This document shows positions 8,730-18,711 of a stretch of 64,000 nt of DNA, one piece after another. Position 1 is the stretch's first letter. The number at the start of each line of letters is the position of its first letter. The notes under the pieces were generated by a model that saw only the letters and a program-made list of their open reading frames with translations, ran no database searches and was not told where the DNA came from. Source of the stretch: Acidobacteriota bacterium (GTDB lineage: Bacteria > Acidobacteriota > Thermoanaerobaculia > Thermoanaerobaculales > Thermoanaerobaculaceae); the NCBI GenBank assembly GCA_016213675.1, contig JACQZW010000034.1, forward strand, positions 143,403 through 207,402. The letters are read 5' to 3'. The position numbers were made by a program, and so were the translations under genes.

Positions 8730-10112
8730 GTGGGCGGCAATCCTGCGCGGTTCGGCCTCGGTCACCTGGTCGTTTTCGTGGTCGTCGCGCTGGTCCTGAA
8801 CGCGCAGTTCACCTGGTGGGTCGTTCACTCCCTCCGCGAGAACCGGGGACGGCTGGACTTGGAGCGCTCGGTGATCCTGGTGGGCGCTCAGGTTGCCGCG
8901 TTGAAGCTGGAGCTGGCCGCCGAGGGTGCCGCACGGCGACTCGTCCAATCGTCGCCCGGGGTGATCCCGGCCGCGCTGCCGCCCTTCGTCGAAGTCCGGG
9001 TCGTCGACGACGCACCGGTTACGTCCGGCTGGAGCGCCCGGGACGGAGGACCGGCGTTTGCGTGGCCGGTGGCGCGGGGTCGCACCGCGCTGGCGGTGCT
9101 CGACCCGCTGGCGCCCCACCGGTGGCTGGCGGAGATCGACGACACGCTCCATCTGGTCGAGGCGGGAACGGGCAGCGCCGATCTACCGAGGATCAGCCTC
9201 GCCGAGCCGCTCGAACGCTGGGCCGTCGTCCCGGACGAGGGACGGTGGCGCGAAGGTGTCGCGCGCTACCGTCGCCGGGTCGTCCTGGTCCTCGGCGAGG
9301 GCGTGCTTTTCGTCGCGGCGATGGTCAGCGCGGTCGCCCTGCTGTGGACGGTGTTGCGTCGCGAGGGCGCCCGCGAGAGGCAGCACCAGAACTTCGTGTC
9401 CGCGGTCACGCACGAGCTGAAGACGCCGATCGCCGGGATCCGGCTGGCACTTGAAACCGTCCTGTCCGGGCGCGTGGATACCGAGGGCCGTGACCGGTTT
9501 CTCCGCAACGCGCTGGCGGACTCGGAGCGACTCGCCGATCTGGTCGAGAAGGTCCTCGAGGTGACACGCTACGCCGGCGGCGCCCACCGACTCCACATCG
9601 AGGTCTCCGACCTCTCGGGACTGGTCGAGGAGGAGGTCATGGCCGCCGAGCGCCGGGCTGCCGCCCGCGGAATCCGCCTCGAGTCCGACATCGTCGCGGA
9701 CGTGCGAGCACCGTTCGATGCGGAGTCGCTCGGGATCGTGCTCTCGAACCTTGTCGAGAACGCGCTGAAGTACGCCCAGGGAGAGCCGCCCGAGGTGAAG
9801 GTGACCCTCGGCGTGGAGCACGGCCTCGCGGTCATTACGGTGCGCGACAACGGCGTCGGGATCGCCCCCGAGGAATTGGACAAGGTCTTCGCGCCTTTCT
9901 ACAGGTCGACCGACGAAGTGACGCGTCGTACCCCGGGGACTGGAATCGGGCTCTACGTGGCACGAGAGATCGTGGTGGCCCACGGTGGGCATCTGACGGC
10001 GGCGAGCGAAGGCCGCGGTCAGGGGGCGATGTTCAGGCTCGCTCTGCCGGGAGCGAGCGTGCTCCCCGTGGACGACCTTTCAGAGTACGATGTCGAGAAC
10101 GAAACGAGGTGA
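8730..10112 (+). CDS. Sensor histidine kinase (two TM segments, HisKA and HATPase_c)
   Basis: H-box AVTHELKTPIAGI; N/G boxes (NLVENALKYA, DNGVGI, GTGIGL); TM helices flank a periplasmic loop. Start uncertain: ATG 8652 or in-frame GTG 8730 just before the first TM. Confidence 0.75.
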   Translation: MGGNPARFGLGHLVVFVVVALVLNAQFTWWVVHSLRENRGRLDLERSVILVGAQVAALKLELAAEGAARRLVQSSPGVIPAALPPFVEVRVVDDAPVTSGWSARDGGPAFAWPVARGRTALAVLDPLAPHRWLAEIDDTLHLVEAGTGSADLPRISLAEPLERWAVVPDEGRWREGVARYRRRVVLVLGEGVLFVAAMVSAVALLWTVLRREGARERQHQNFVSAVTHELKTPIAGIRLALETVLSGRVDTEGRDRFLRNALADSERLADLVEKVLEVTRYAGGAHRLHIEVSDLSGLVEEEVMAAERRAAARGIRLESDIVADVRAPFDAESLGIVLSNLVENALKYAQGEPPEVKVTLGVEHGLAVITVRDNGVGIAPEELDKVFAPFYRSTDEVTRRTPGTGIGLYVAREIVVAHGGHLTAASEGRGQGAMFRLALPGASVLPVDDLSEYDVENETR

Positions 10113-10115
10113 GAC

Positions 10116-10826
10116 ATGGCGAGCCGGATCCTGGTCGTCGAAGACGAGAAGCACCTGGCTGAGGCGTTGGCGCACAACCTCAAGTTCGAAGGGTACGAGG
10201 CGACCGTGGCCGGGGATGGGGAGGCCGCCCTCGACCGTGTCGCGGCAGAGGACTACGACCTGCTCGTGCTCGACGTCATGCTGCCGGGGATCTCCGGATT
10301 CGACGTTTGCGAGCGGCTGCGCGAGTCGGGCAACCGGGTGCCGGTGCTGTTCCTGACGGCCCGTACGACCGACGCGGACCGCCTGCAGGGGCTCCGGCAC
10401 GGTGGCGACGACTACATGACCAAGCCGTTCCTCCTCGAGGAACTGGTTCTCCGCATCAAGGGGATCCTGCGCCGGCAGGAGTGGTACCAGACGCCGGTCG
10501 CCGAGCGCGGCATCTTCAAGTTCGGCGACAGCGAGGTCAACTTCCGCACCTTCAAGGCCAAGGGCCCGGGCGGCGAGGTCCAGCTCACCGAGAAGGAGTG
10601 CATGCTGATGAAGCTGATGGTCGAGCGTCAGGGCCAGGTCGTCTCCCGGGAGCTCATACTCGAGCGTGTCTGGGGCTACAAGTACGGCTCCTCGTCGCGG
10701 ACCATCGACAACTTCATCGTCCGGCTGCGCAGGTATTTCGAGGCCGATCCGCGGCGGCCCAAGTACATCCACTCGGTGCGGGGCGTCGGCTACCGCTTCA
10801 CTCCCGAGGGAGAGACGCAGACCTGA
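10116..10826 (+). CDS. OmpR/PhoB-family response regulator
   Basis: REC domain (ILVVEDE...DLLVLDVMLPGISG...YMTKPF) plus a winged-helix C-terminus (VRGVGYRF). It starts 4 nt after the kinase stop. Confidence 0.9.
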   Translation: MASRILVVEDEKHLAEALAHNLKFEGYEATVAGDGEAALDRVAAEDYDLLVLDVMLPGISGFDVCERLRESGNRVPVLFLTARTTDADRLQGLRHGGDDYMTKPFLLEELVLRIKGILRRQEWYQTPVAERGIFKFGDSEVNFRTFKAKGPGGEVQLTEKECMLMKLMVERQGQVVSRELILERVWGYKYGSSSRTIDNFIVRLRRYFEADPRRPKYIHSVRGVGYRFTPEGETQT

Positions 10827-11055
10827 CCCCGTAGTCCCGGCGTTGCTGCCCACCCTCACGCACATGGTGGCTCGTCCCGGAGATCCGGTCGTGGCGCCGG
10901 GGCCGCCGCCGGTTTGACGAAGCCGGTGTGTCTATACTCTCTGTGTTCAAGGAGTTGGACGGACCTACGCGGCCGAGCTTCGTAGCCCGGTCGCCCCCCG
11001 GAGGTGACACCCGTCACGAACCCGACCGTTCCAGGGGAGATGTCTTCTCAAGTGT

Positions 11056-11086
11056 CTTGACATTGTGTCTCCAAATCATGTACGCT
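11056..11086 (+). promoter_or_regulatory. Possible sigma70-like promoter (TTGACA ... TACGCT) upstream of the ECF sigma gene
   Basis: TTGACA at about 11056 followed about 19 nt later by TACGCT, 20-50 nt upstream of candidate starts 11078/11108. Sequence-only guess in a GC-rich genome. Confidence 0.2.
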
Positions 11087-11107
11087 CACCCGGACGTGGA
11101 GGTGGGT

Positions 11108-11758
11108 ATGAGCGAGCATGGATTCTGGGACTTCGAAACCGGCGAGCTTCCCTACCGTGACCAGCTTCACAAGACCGCGCTGCGTCTGACGCGGAGCTCC
11201 GAGGATGCCGAGGACCTCGTCCAGGAGACGTACTTGAAGGCGTACCGGCACTACGCGAGCTTCCAGCCGGGCACCAACCTCAAGGCGTGGTTGTTCAAGA
11301 TCCTGAAGAACACCTTCATCAACGACTACCGCCGAAAGAAGCAGGTTCCGCCGCAGGTCGACTTCGCCGACCTCGAGGAGACGTTCGAGTCGGTCCTGTC
11401 CAGCAACGAGAACAACCCGAATCGCTCGCCCGAGGAGGTGCTCATGGAAGCCTCGCTCGACGGTGAGGTGCGACGCGCCCTCAAGGATCTCCCCCACAAC
11501 TACAAGGTGGTGGTGCTGCTCGCCGACATCGAGGACTACGCGTACAAGGAGATCGCCGACATACTGGCGATTCCGGTCGGCACCGTGATGTCCCGCCTGT
11601 ACCGCGGCCGCCGGCTGCTCGAGAAGGCGCTGCTTTCCTTCGGCGTGCGCTACAACTACCTGCACAGCCGGCCTCACCGGATGCGTTCCGAGAACCTGGA
11701 CATGGACAGGTTGTTCGCCGAGCGGGCTCCCGGTGGCGGAGTGGCTCGGGCGCACTGA
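11108..11758 (+). CDS. ECF-type RNA polymerase sigma factor (sigma-70 regions 2 and 4) with a C-terminal extension
   Basis: Region 2 ([41 protein letters not shown]) and region 4 ([26 protein letters not shown]). Alternative ATG at 11078; the ORF-table start 10928 is probably too far upstream. Confidence 0.8.
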   Translation: MSEHGFWDFETGELPYRDQLHKTALRLTRSSEDAEDLVQETYLKAYRHYASFQPGTNLKAWLFKILKNTFINDYRRKKQVPPQVDFADLEETFESVLSSNENNPNRSPEEVLMEASLDGEVRRALKDLPHNYKVVVLLADIEDYAYKEIADILAIPVGTVMSRLYRGRRLLEKALLSFGVRYNYLHSRPHRMRSENLDMDRLFAERAPGGGVARAH

Positions 11759-11917
11759 TCCGCTGCCGTCCCGGGCTGCCGCCAGTTCCACCGACCCCGC
11801 GCCCGGCGCGGGGTCCTTGCGTCTGGTGCGTCTGGCCGTATGATTCGTGAGGGCTGGTCGGGGGTGGGCGGTCGACGGCCCCGAACCGGGGGGCAGGGGT
11901 GAAACGCGAACGCAGGG

Positions 11918-13192
11918 GTGACGCCGGTGCAGAAGGCTGATCGGGTCTTCGGACTGCTCGCTGCCGCGGTGGTGGCGCTGAGCGGCTGGGTCGGCGGCCG
12001 GCCCGTCGAAGGCGAGCTTCCGCCGCGCGCCAGAGTCGTCGTGCGTCCCTTGGAGCTCCCAGGATCGTTGCGTCGCGCGGTTCTGGGTAGGGGCGACACC
12101 CTGGGCGACGTCCTCGATCGCCTCGGCGTCCCCTCCGACCAAATTCCGGCATGGGCGGCGGCAACGCAACGCCACCTCGATGTCCGCTCGCTCCCGGTCG
12201 GCCTGGTGGCCGAAGCCGTCCTCGACTATCACGGCACCCTGACGAGCGTCCGCCTCACGCCTGATTGGCGGGCGACAGTTGTTCTGGAACCCGGTGACGC
12301 GGGTGTGCAGGCTCGTCGCGAGACGCGCCCCGTCGATCGGGAGATGGCCGTGGTGCGCGGCTCGGTGACGTCCAGCCTGTTCGGGGCGGTGGACGCCGCG
12401 GGCGAGGACGAGGCGCTCGCGATTCAGCTCGCCGAGCTGTTCCAGTGGGACATCGACTTCCACCGCGAGGTGCAGCCGGGCGACACGTTCGCTCTGCTGG
12501 TGGAACGGGTCCGCAGCGAGGGACGGATCGTGGCGTACGGTCCGATCGTCGGGGCGGAGTACATCAACAACGGAAAGCGCTTCGTGTCGGTGCGTTATGC
12601 GTCTGCCGTAAGCCCGCCCGGATACTACGATCTCAAGGGCCGACCCTTGAAGAAGGCGTTCCTCAGGTCGCCCCTGCGGTTCAGCCGGGTGACCTCGCGT
12701 TTCTCCATGAACCGCATGCACCCCGTCCTGGGCCGACGGTTGCCGCACTACGGGGTCGACTACGGTGCCCCGGCAGGTACGCCGGTCATGGCCACCGCCG
12801 ACGGGACGGTGAGCTTCACCGGCCGCAAGGGCGGGGGGGGCAACACCGTCGAGATCCGGCACGCAGGTGGATACGTGACCGCGTACCTGCACCTGTCGCG
12901 GTTCGCAGTCAGGCCAGGCACGCGGGTCGAGCAGGGCCGGGTCATCGGATATGTCGGGTCGACCGGCCTGTCGACAGGCCCTCACCTGGACTACCGCGTC
13001 ACCCAGGGTGGACGCTACGTCAACCCGCTCATGGTCGGCAAGGAGCCTTCTCCTCCGCTCCCGCCGTCGGCGCTCCCCGCGTTCGCCCGCTGGGCCGAGC
13101 GGGTCCTCCCGATGCTCCTCACACCGGGCAGGCCCACGGCCGAGGCAGAGGCGAGCCTCAGGGCGGGAAGCCCGGTCCGATTCGACACCTGA
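11918..13192 (+). CDS. M23-family metallopeptidase with an N-terminal OapA/LysM-like domain
   Basis: [22 protein letters not shown] ... [18 protein letters not shown] (the HxxxD/HxH LytM motifs), with an N-terminal TM/signal segment. The 836-aa antisense ORF 11048-13558 is rejected. Confidence 0.85.
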   Translation: MTPVQKADRVFGLLAAAVVALSGWVGGRPVEGELPPRARVVVRPLELPGSLRRAVLGRGDTLGDVLDRLGVPSDQIPAWAAATQRHLDVRSLPVGLVAEAVLDYHGTLTSVRLTPDWRATVVLEPGDAGVQARRETRPVDREMAVVRGSVTSSLFGAVDAAGEDEALAIQLAELFQWDIDFHREVQPGDTFALLVERVRSEGRIVAYGPIVGAEYINNGKRFVSVRYASAVSPPGYYDLKGRPLKKAFLRSPLRFSRVTSRFSMNRMHPVLGRRLPHYGVDYGAPAGTPVMATADGTVSFTGRKGGGGNTVEIRHAGGYVTAYLHLSRFAVRPGTRVEQGRVIGYVGSTGLSTGPHLDYRVTQGGRYVNPLMVGKEPSPPLPPSALPAFARWAERVLPMLLTPGRPTAEAEASLRAGSPVRFDT

Positions 13193-13289
13193 CCGCGACA
13201 AGAACGACGCTGGCTCGGCAGCGCCTTTCGGCGCGGCCGGGAGGGCGCTACGATTGCGTGGCGCCGGAGGACGGCGTGCGGAGGTCCAT

Positions 13290-14951
13290 GTGACGACTGA
13301 ACGACGGGTGATACGGGCGCCTCGAGGCGCCGGGTTGTCGTGTAAGGGTTGGCCACAGGAAGCGGCGCTTCGCATGCTCATGAACAACCTCGATCCCGAG
13401 GTGGCCGAGCGCCCCGAGGACCTCGTGGTGTACGGCGGCTCCGGGAAGGCTGCCCGCAACTGGGAGTGCTTCGACGCGATCGTCCGCTCGCTGCGGGAGC
13501 TCGAGGCCGACGAGACGCTCCTCGTCCAGTCCGGCAAGCCCGTCGGGGTGTTCCACACGCACGCGGACGCTCCGAGGGTCCTGATCGCGAACGCGAACCT
13601 CGTGCCGTACTGGGCGACCGGCGACGAGTTCCGCCGTCTGGAGGCGCTCGGGTTGACGATGTTCGGACAGATGACCGCGGGCTCGTGGATCTACATCGGC
13701 ACGCAGGGGATCCTCCAGGGCACCTACGAGTGTTTTGCCGCTGCCGCGCGCCAGCACTTCGGCTCGTCGCTGCGGGGCCGCCTCGTCGTGACCGCGGGAC
13801 TCGGGGGCATGGGCGGTGCCCAGCCGCTGGCCGCGACGATGAACGATGCGACCTTTCTGGCCGCCGAGGTGGACGAGGCGCGCATCGACAAGCGCCTCGC
13901 GACCCGCTACGTCGACGAGAAGTTCCTCGACGTCGACGTGGCCATCGACCGCGCCCTGGATCTGAAGGCGGCCGGCGAGGCCCGCTCGATCGGGGTGGTC
14001 GCCAACGCCGCCGACCTCCTCGCCCGGCTGATCACCCGGGGGATCGTTCCCGACGTCCTGACCGACCAGACCTCGGCCCACGACGAGCTGAACGGGTACG
14101 TTCCCAATCGGATGAGCTACGCGGCGGCCTTGGAGCTGCGCCGGCAGGACCCTGACCGCTACAAGGCCGAGGCCTTCCGGACCATGGCCGAGCACATGCG
14201 GGCGCTGCTCGAGCTGCAGCGGCGCGGCGCCGTGACGTTCGACTACGGCAACAACCTCCGGGGTCAGGCCGTCAAGGTCGGAGTGGCCGACGCCTTCGAC
14301 GTCGTCGGCTTCGTGCCGCTCTACATCCGTCCGCTCTTCTGCGAGGGCAAGGGCCCGTTCCGCTGGGCGGCGCTCTCTGGGGATCCGCAGGACATCCTGC
14401 AGACCGACCGGGCGGTCCTCGAGCTGTTTCCCGAGGACGAGGGGTTGGCCAGGTGGATCCGCATGGCCGAAGAACGGGTCCAGTTCCAGGGGCTGCCCGC
14501 CCGGATCTGCTGGCTGGGCTACGGGGAGCGCGCCCGGGCGGGGCTGGCGTTCAACGACCTGGTGGCGTCGGGGAAGGTGTCCGCCCCCATCGTCATCGGC
14601 CGCGATCACCTCGACTCCGGGTCGGTCGCGTCACCGAACCGGGAGACGGAGGGCATGAAGGACGGCTCGGACGCGATCGGCGACTGGCCCATTCTCAACG
14701 CGCTGCTCAACACGGCGGCCGGTGCCACCTGGGTGTCGTTCCATCACGGGGGAGGCGTCGGGATCGGCTACGCGTTGCACGCCGGGATGGTCGTCGTAGC
14801 GGATGGCACCCCCGAGGCCGCGCGACGCCTCGAGCGGGTGCTCACCACGGACCCCGGCACCGGCGTCATGCGTCACGTGGACGCCGGCTACGAGGAGGCG
14901 ATCGACTGCGCGAGGAGCCGCGGGATCATTATCCCGATGCTCGGGCGCTGA
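13290..14951 (+). CDS. hutU: Urocanate hydratase
   Basis: Strong HutU similarity throughout ([62 protein letters not shown]). GTG start at 13290 gives 553 aa, typical for HutU. Confidence 0.9.
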   Translation: MTTERRVIRAPRGAGLSCKGWPQEAALRMLMNNLDPEVAERPEDLVVYGGSGKAARNWECFDAIVRSLRELEADETLLVQSGKPVGVFHTHADAPRVLIANANLVPYWATGDEFRRLEALGLTMFGQMTAGSWIYIGTQGILQGTYECFAAAARQHFGSSLRGRLVVTAGLGGMGGAQPLAATMNDATFLAAEVDEARIDKRLATRYVDEKFLDVDVAIDRALDLKAAGEARSIGVVANAADLLARLITRGIVPDVLTDQTSAHDELNGYVPNRMSYAAALELRRQDPDRYKAEAFRTMAEHMRALLELQRRGAVTFDYGNNLRGQAVKVGVADAFDVVGFVPLYIRPLFCEGKGPFRWAALSGDPQDILQTDRAVLELFPEDEGLARWIRMAEERVQFQGLPARICWLGYGERARAGLAFNDLVASGKVSAPIVIGRDHLDSGSVASPNRETEGMKDGSDAIGDWPILNALLNTAAGATWVSFHHGGGVGIGYALHAGMVVVADGTPEAARRLERVLTTDPGTGVMRHVDAGYEEAIDCARSRGIIIPMLGR

Positions 14952-15028
14952 GCTGGTCCGGCCTGGTCGCCGGTCTGGCCGCGACGCTGGCAGCCGGCCC
15001 GTGGCCTGCGCTCGGGACAGCTTCGTTG

Positions 15029-18000
15029 GTGTGGCGGGCGCCGCTCGTGCTCGCCGGCCTCGGCTTCGCGTGGCGGCGACTCGGCTGGCGCACGCTCGCC
15101 CTGGCGCTCCCGGCGGTCCTGGCGATCGGAATGGACGCGACCCTGCCGGCCCGGCGCGGCGATACCGTGCTGGCCGACCGGCTGGCGCTCGAGGTCGTGG
15201 CGATGCAGCGCGGCCTCGGAGCCATCGCCGACACGGAGTCGCTACGCCACCTGCTGTCCAGCGGCGGCGGCGAGGCGGAGCCCGAGGCTCCTTTCCGGGT
15301 CCTCGACGAGGCGGTGTCGGGGTTGCCGCTCCGACTCGACGCCTTCGTGATGATCGACGAGCGCGGGCAGCCGATCGGCTGGGTGGGCGAGAGGAGCCGC
15401 CTCCCGCTTCGCCTGCGCCCGCTCGGCGACCGCACGGTCTCCATCGAGCCCGGGATCGGTGCGGTCTGGCTGTGGTGGCGGGAGCCGGTCTTCGAGACCG
15501 GCCGCCCGGTCGGCGCGTTGTTGGCGGGTAGCCGTCTCCCGGAGGAAGGTGGGCGCCGGATCCTCGGAGCCTGGGCGGGACGGGCCGCCAAGGCCCGCCC
15601 CGTCCTGCAGGGCGGGCAGCCGGTGCGTGATCCGACCGGGGCCTGGTTGCTGGGCCTCGAGGTCGTGCCGGATTCCCCCGCGCTGTGGAGCGCGGGCGGG
15701 CTCGCCGCGATCGTGGGGGCCGCCTTGCTGGCGCTCCTCGGCGTCGGCCGCAGGCGAGAGGTGCTCGCCCTGGGCGCACTCCTCGGGGCCCTCCTGCTGC
15801 CGTGGCCTACTCCGGCATGGCTCGCCGCGCCGGCCCTCCTCGGCCTTGCGATCCTCGCGCATTGGCTGCCCGGGCGGCGACCGTTCCGGTTCGCGGCCAT
15901 CGTGGCTGTCGGAGCCCTGGGGTGGGTCGCGGCCGGTCTCATCGGTGAGCTCGGCGTCAACGTGGTTCCCGAGGACCTGCTGGCTCCCGGAGTGTTGCGC
16001 TTCGCCGTGATGATGGCGGCGACGCTCCTGCTGTGGGCCATCCCTCCTGCTGGCGGCAGCCTGCCCGGACCGTTGCGACTGCTGTGCTGGCTGCCGCTCG
16101 GGATCGGAGTCATCCGGGGCGAGCCGAGTCTCCTCGGTATCGGCCTCGCTGTTGCGCTCCTGGGAGGGATCCGGGGCCGGAGTGCCTTCCTCGCGGCTGT
16201 GGCGGCTGCGATGGTCCTGGTCGGTAGTGAGGACGCGGCCCGTTCGCGCGAGCTGGTCGGGAGGACCGAGGCGACCCTGGCTCGGCTGGACAGGGCGGAG
16301 GCCCCCGCCCGCGCGGTCTTGGCGCGTCCGCCCGAGGCGGCCCTCGTCGCCCTGACCAGGCTGCAAGCTGGGGAGCGGCAGGTGGTCCTCGGTCGACTCT
16401 CGCGGTGGCTGGAAGTGGAAGAGGTCCTTCCCGGCACTTCCCTGATCCTCCTCGATCCGGGAGGAAACGCCGCCGCGACGTGGGGCGAGACGACGGAGGC
16501 CTCCCCGTTGCCCGAGCCTGAGCTGGCCGCCCGGCTGCTTCCAGGCGGTTGGCAATTGGTGCTGCGCACGCCGACGCCGCCCAACGACCTGGTCGCGGCA
16601 CTCAGCGCCGCCGGCATCGACGGACCCCTGGCCGTGTTCGACAGGGCGGGAGAGGCGGTCGGCCGAGGCGGTACGTTCCGTCCGCTCTCGCCGGGTCGGG
16701 TGGGCAAGGCGCTGGCGACCGGGCGAAGCTGGGGCACGATCGGTGTCGGTGAGCGGGAGTACCGTGCCTACCTGCGCTCGCGGGGCGACGTCGTCCTGGC
16801 GGTACCGTGGATCCGCCGTCCGCCGGCCGAGTCGGCGCTGGCGGTCGGTGCACTCGGGTTGTGGGTCGCGATCCCCCTGGTCATCTGGGAGCGCCGCCGC
16901 CGATTCGGTGCCTGGTGGTCCAGGCGACACACCGTCGCCGGTCGCGTGCAAGCCCTGACCGTGCTGGCCGCCGTGGCTCCCGTGCTGGTGCTCGCCAACC
17001 TCCTGCCCCAGCAGTGGACGCGGCAGCGGGAGCGCGGTCGGCTGGAGGTGGCGCGGGCGATCGGGGGTCCGATCAGCGACGCGGGTGCCGACCGCGACAT
17101 GGGCTGGCTGGTCCGACAGAGCGGCGCCATCGTCGCGACCTACCGGGGCGGCGTGCTCGTGTGGTGCACGCGGCCGGACCTGGCCAGCGCGGGCGACGTG
17201 CCACTGATGCCGCCGGAGGGCGCCTTCGTGCGGGCCGTGCGCGGGTGGCGGGAGCCCGTCCTGGTCGGGAGCTCGCAAACCGACATCTTCGTTCCGACCC
17301 GGATGGCCGGCGAGCCGGCGGTGGTCGGCGTTCTGGGCCTGCGCGTGGCGGGCCTCGCCAGCGGCCCGTCACCGGGCGAGTGGTTCGCGGTGATGGGCGT
17401 GCTTGCGTTGCTCCTGGCCCTGGGCGGCGCCGAGCGGCTGGGCGAGCGAGTCACCGGACCCCTGAGCGCGCTCGTCCAGGCCGCGCAGCGCCTTCAGAGG
17501 GGCGAGCCGGTGCCGGAGCTGACTGTCGGGGGTGAGGAGGACGTCGCGGCGTTGGGGAGGGCGTTCGAAGCGATGGCCGGCACGGTTCAGCGTCGCGAGG
17601 AGGAGCTCAGGCGTGAGCGCGACCTGCTCGAGCGGGTCCTCGGCACGCTTTCGGCGGCGGTCATCGTGGTGGATCAGCGGGGCTCGGTCGAGCTTGCCAA
17701 CCCCGCAGGCCGCCTCCTCCTGGGTGAGAGGAATCACGTCGAGGCGTTGGCTGAGTCGTTCGGTGCCGAGATGGCGGCGCTGACGTCCCGCGCCGCCGGT
17801 GGACAGACCGCCACGACCTCGCTTCGCCCGGCGAGTGAGCCGGATGCGGTGTGGCAGGCCACGGCCCAGCCGCTGACCGGCGCGGTCGGCAGGGTGCTCC
17901 TGGTCATGGAGGACGTCTCGGTTGTCGCGCGTGCGCAGCGCCTGGCCTCGTTGGCCGAGGCAGCTCGCATCGTCGCCCATGAGGTCAAGAACCCGCTCAC

Positions 18001-18601
18001 GCCGATTCGCCTGTGGGCCGAGGAGCTGCTGGCGGCGATCGAGCGCGGGCCGCAGGCCACGGTGGACGTGGCCCGCACCGCTGCGGAGCAGATCCTCGAG
18101 CGTGTGGCCCACCTGCGCGACGTCGCCCAGGGCTTCTCGAACCTGGCAGCACTGGAGCACTGGCAGCCCGAGCTGGTCCGCCTCGGGGCTGTCCTGGAGG
18201 AGGTGGCGGCCGAGTACGCCGTCCTCGCCCAGCGGGGAGTGGCGATCGACATCGCTGCGGCGGTGGACGTCCCCGTCCTTGTGGATCCGACCTGGCTGCG
18301 CCGAGCACTCCGCCACCTCCTCGAGAACAGCGTCCGTGCGATCGGCGAGCGGGCGGGTCGTGTGGTGCTCGGCGTCGAGTCGGTTGGCGGTGCGATCACC
18401 GTCGTGGTCCGCGACAGCGGCGGGGGAGTTCCCGAGGCGCAACTGGCCCGCCTCTTCGAGCCCCACTTCTCGACGACCAGCGGGGGGAGTGGCCTCGGGC
18501 TGGCGATGGTCCAGCGGATCATGGCGAGGGCCGGCGGCCACGTCGAGGCCAGCAACGCCCAGACTGGTCTTGAGATCCGCCTCGTCTTTCCGCGGGGGTA
18601 G
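15029..18601 (+). CDS. Very large membrane sensor histidine kinase (at least 10 predicted TM helices, HAMP, PAS-like, HisKA, HATPase_c)
   Basis: The C-terminus has HAMP (LSALVQAAQRLQRGE), H-box IVAHEVKNPLTPIRLWAEEL, and N/G boxes (LLENSVRAI, DSGGGV, GGSGLGLAMV). The N-terminal ~600 aa are Leu/Ala-rich hydrophobic helices. Start ambiguous (TTG 15026/GTG 15029/ATG 15131). The ORF-table start 14453 lies inside hutU in another frame. Confidence 0.75.
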   Translation: MWRAPLVLAGLGFAWRRLGWRTLALALPAVLAIGMDATLPARRGDTVLADRLALEVVAMQRGLGAIADTESLRHLLSSGGGEAEPEAPFRVLDEAVSGLPLRLDAFVMIDERGQPIGWVGERSRLPLRLRPLGDRTVSIEPGIGAVWLWWREPVFETGRPVGALLAGSRLPEEGGRRILGAWAGRAAKARPVLQGGQPVRDPTGAWLLGLEVVPDSPALWSAGGLAAIVGAALLALLGVGRRREVLALGALLGALLLPWPTPAWLAAPALLGLAILAHWLPGRRPFRFAAIVAVGALGWVAAGLIGELGVNVVPEDLLAPGVLRFAVMMAATLLLWAIPPAGGSLPGPLRLLCWLPLGIGVIRGEPSLLGIGLAVALLGGIRGRSAFLAAVAAAMVLVGSEDAARSRELVGRTEATLARLDRAEAPARAVLARPPEAALVALTRLQAGERQVVLGRLSRWLEVEEVLPGTSLILLDPGGNAAATWGETTEASPLPEPELAARLLPGGWQLVLRTPTPPNDLVAALSAAGIDGPLAVFDRAGEAVGRGGTFRPLSPGRVGKALATGRSWGTIGVGEREYRAYLRSRGDVVLAVPWIRRPPAESALAVGALGLWVAIPLVIWERRRRFGAWWSRRHTVAGRVQALTVLAAVAPVLVLANLLPQQWTRQRERGRLEVARAIGGPISDAGADRDMGWLVRQSGAIVATYRGGVLVWCTRPDLASAGDVPLMPPEGAFVRAVRGWREPVLVGSSQTDIFVPTRMAGEPAVVGVLGLRVAGLASGPSPGEWFAVMGVLALLLALGGAERLGERVTGPLSALVQAAQRLQRGEPVPELTVGGEEDVAALGRAFEAMAGTVQRREEELRRERDLLERVLGTLSAAVIVVDQRGSVELANPAGRLLLGERNHVEALAESFGAEMAALTSRAAGGQTATTSLRPASEPDAVWQATAQPLTGAVGRVLLVMEDVSVVARAQRLASLAEAARIVAHEVKNPLTPIRLWAEELLAAIERGPQATVDVARTAAEQILERVAHLRDVAQGFSNLAALEHWQPELVRLGAVLEEVAAEYAVLAQRGVAIDIAAAVDVPVLVDPTWLRRALRHLLENSVRAIGERAGRVVLGVESVGGAITVVVRDSGGGVPEAQLARLFEPHFSTTSGGSGLGLAMVQRIMARAGGHVEASNAQTGLEIRLVFPRG

Positions 18602-18711
18602 GAGACTACCGGAGGCCGACCGCGGCTCGGGACGCGCCTCGGACCGTGTCGGCCCGGCACCAGCCTCCGCCCTGACGGTCCGCCTCCTGCCGAACCGAGT
18701 GCTCTGGTAGC

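Noticed and set aside
11048-13558. 836-aa minus-strand ORF spanning the ECF sigma and M23 peptidase genes. Similar long antisense ORFs occur at 2530-4074, 13248-14609, 15242-17278, 28221-29954, 41668-43593, 48693-50783 and 62143-63276.
   Set aside because: High-GC DNA generates long stop-free antisense frames. The translations are Arg/Pro/Gly-rich low-complexity sequences with no motifs. The opposite strands encode proteins with clear conserved domains.
14453-15028. ORF-table start of the 1382-aa kinase frame inside hutU, suggesting a hutU-kinase fusion
   Set aside because: hutU ends with an in-frame TGA at 14949-14951 and the kinase frame differs. The upstream part of the long ORF is read-through of hutU DNA in another frame before the first plausible start (15026-15131).
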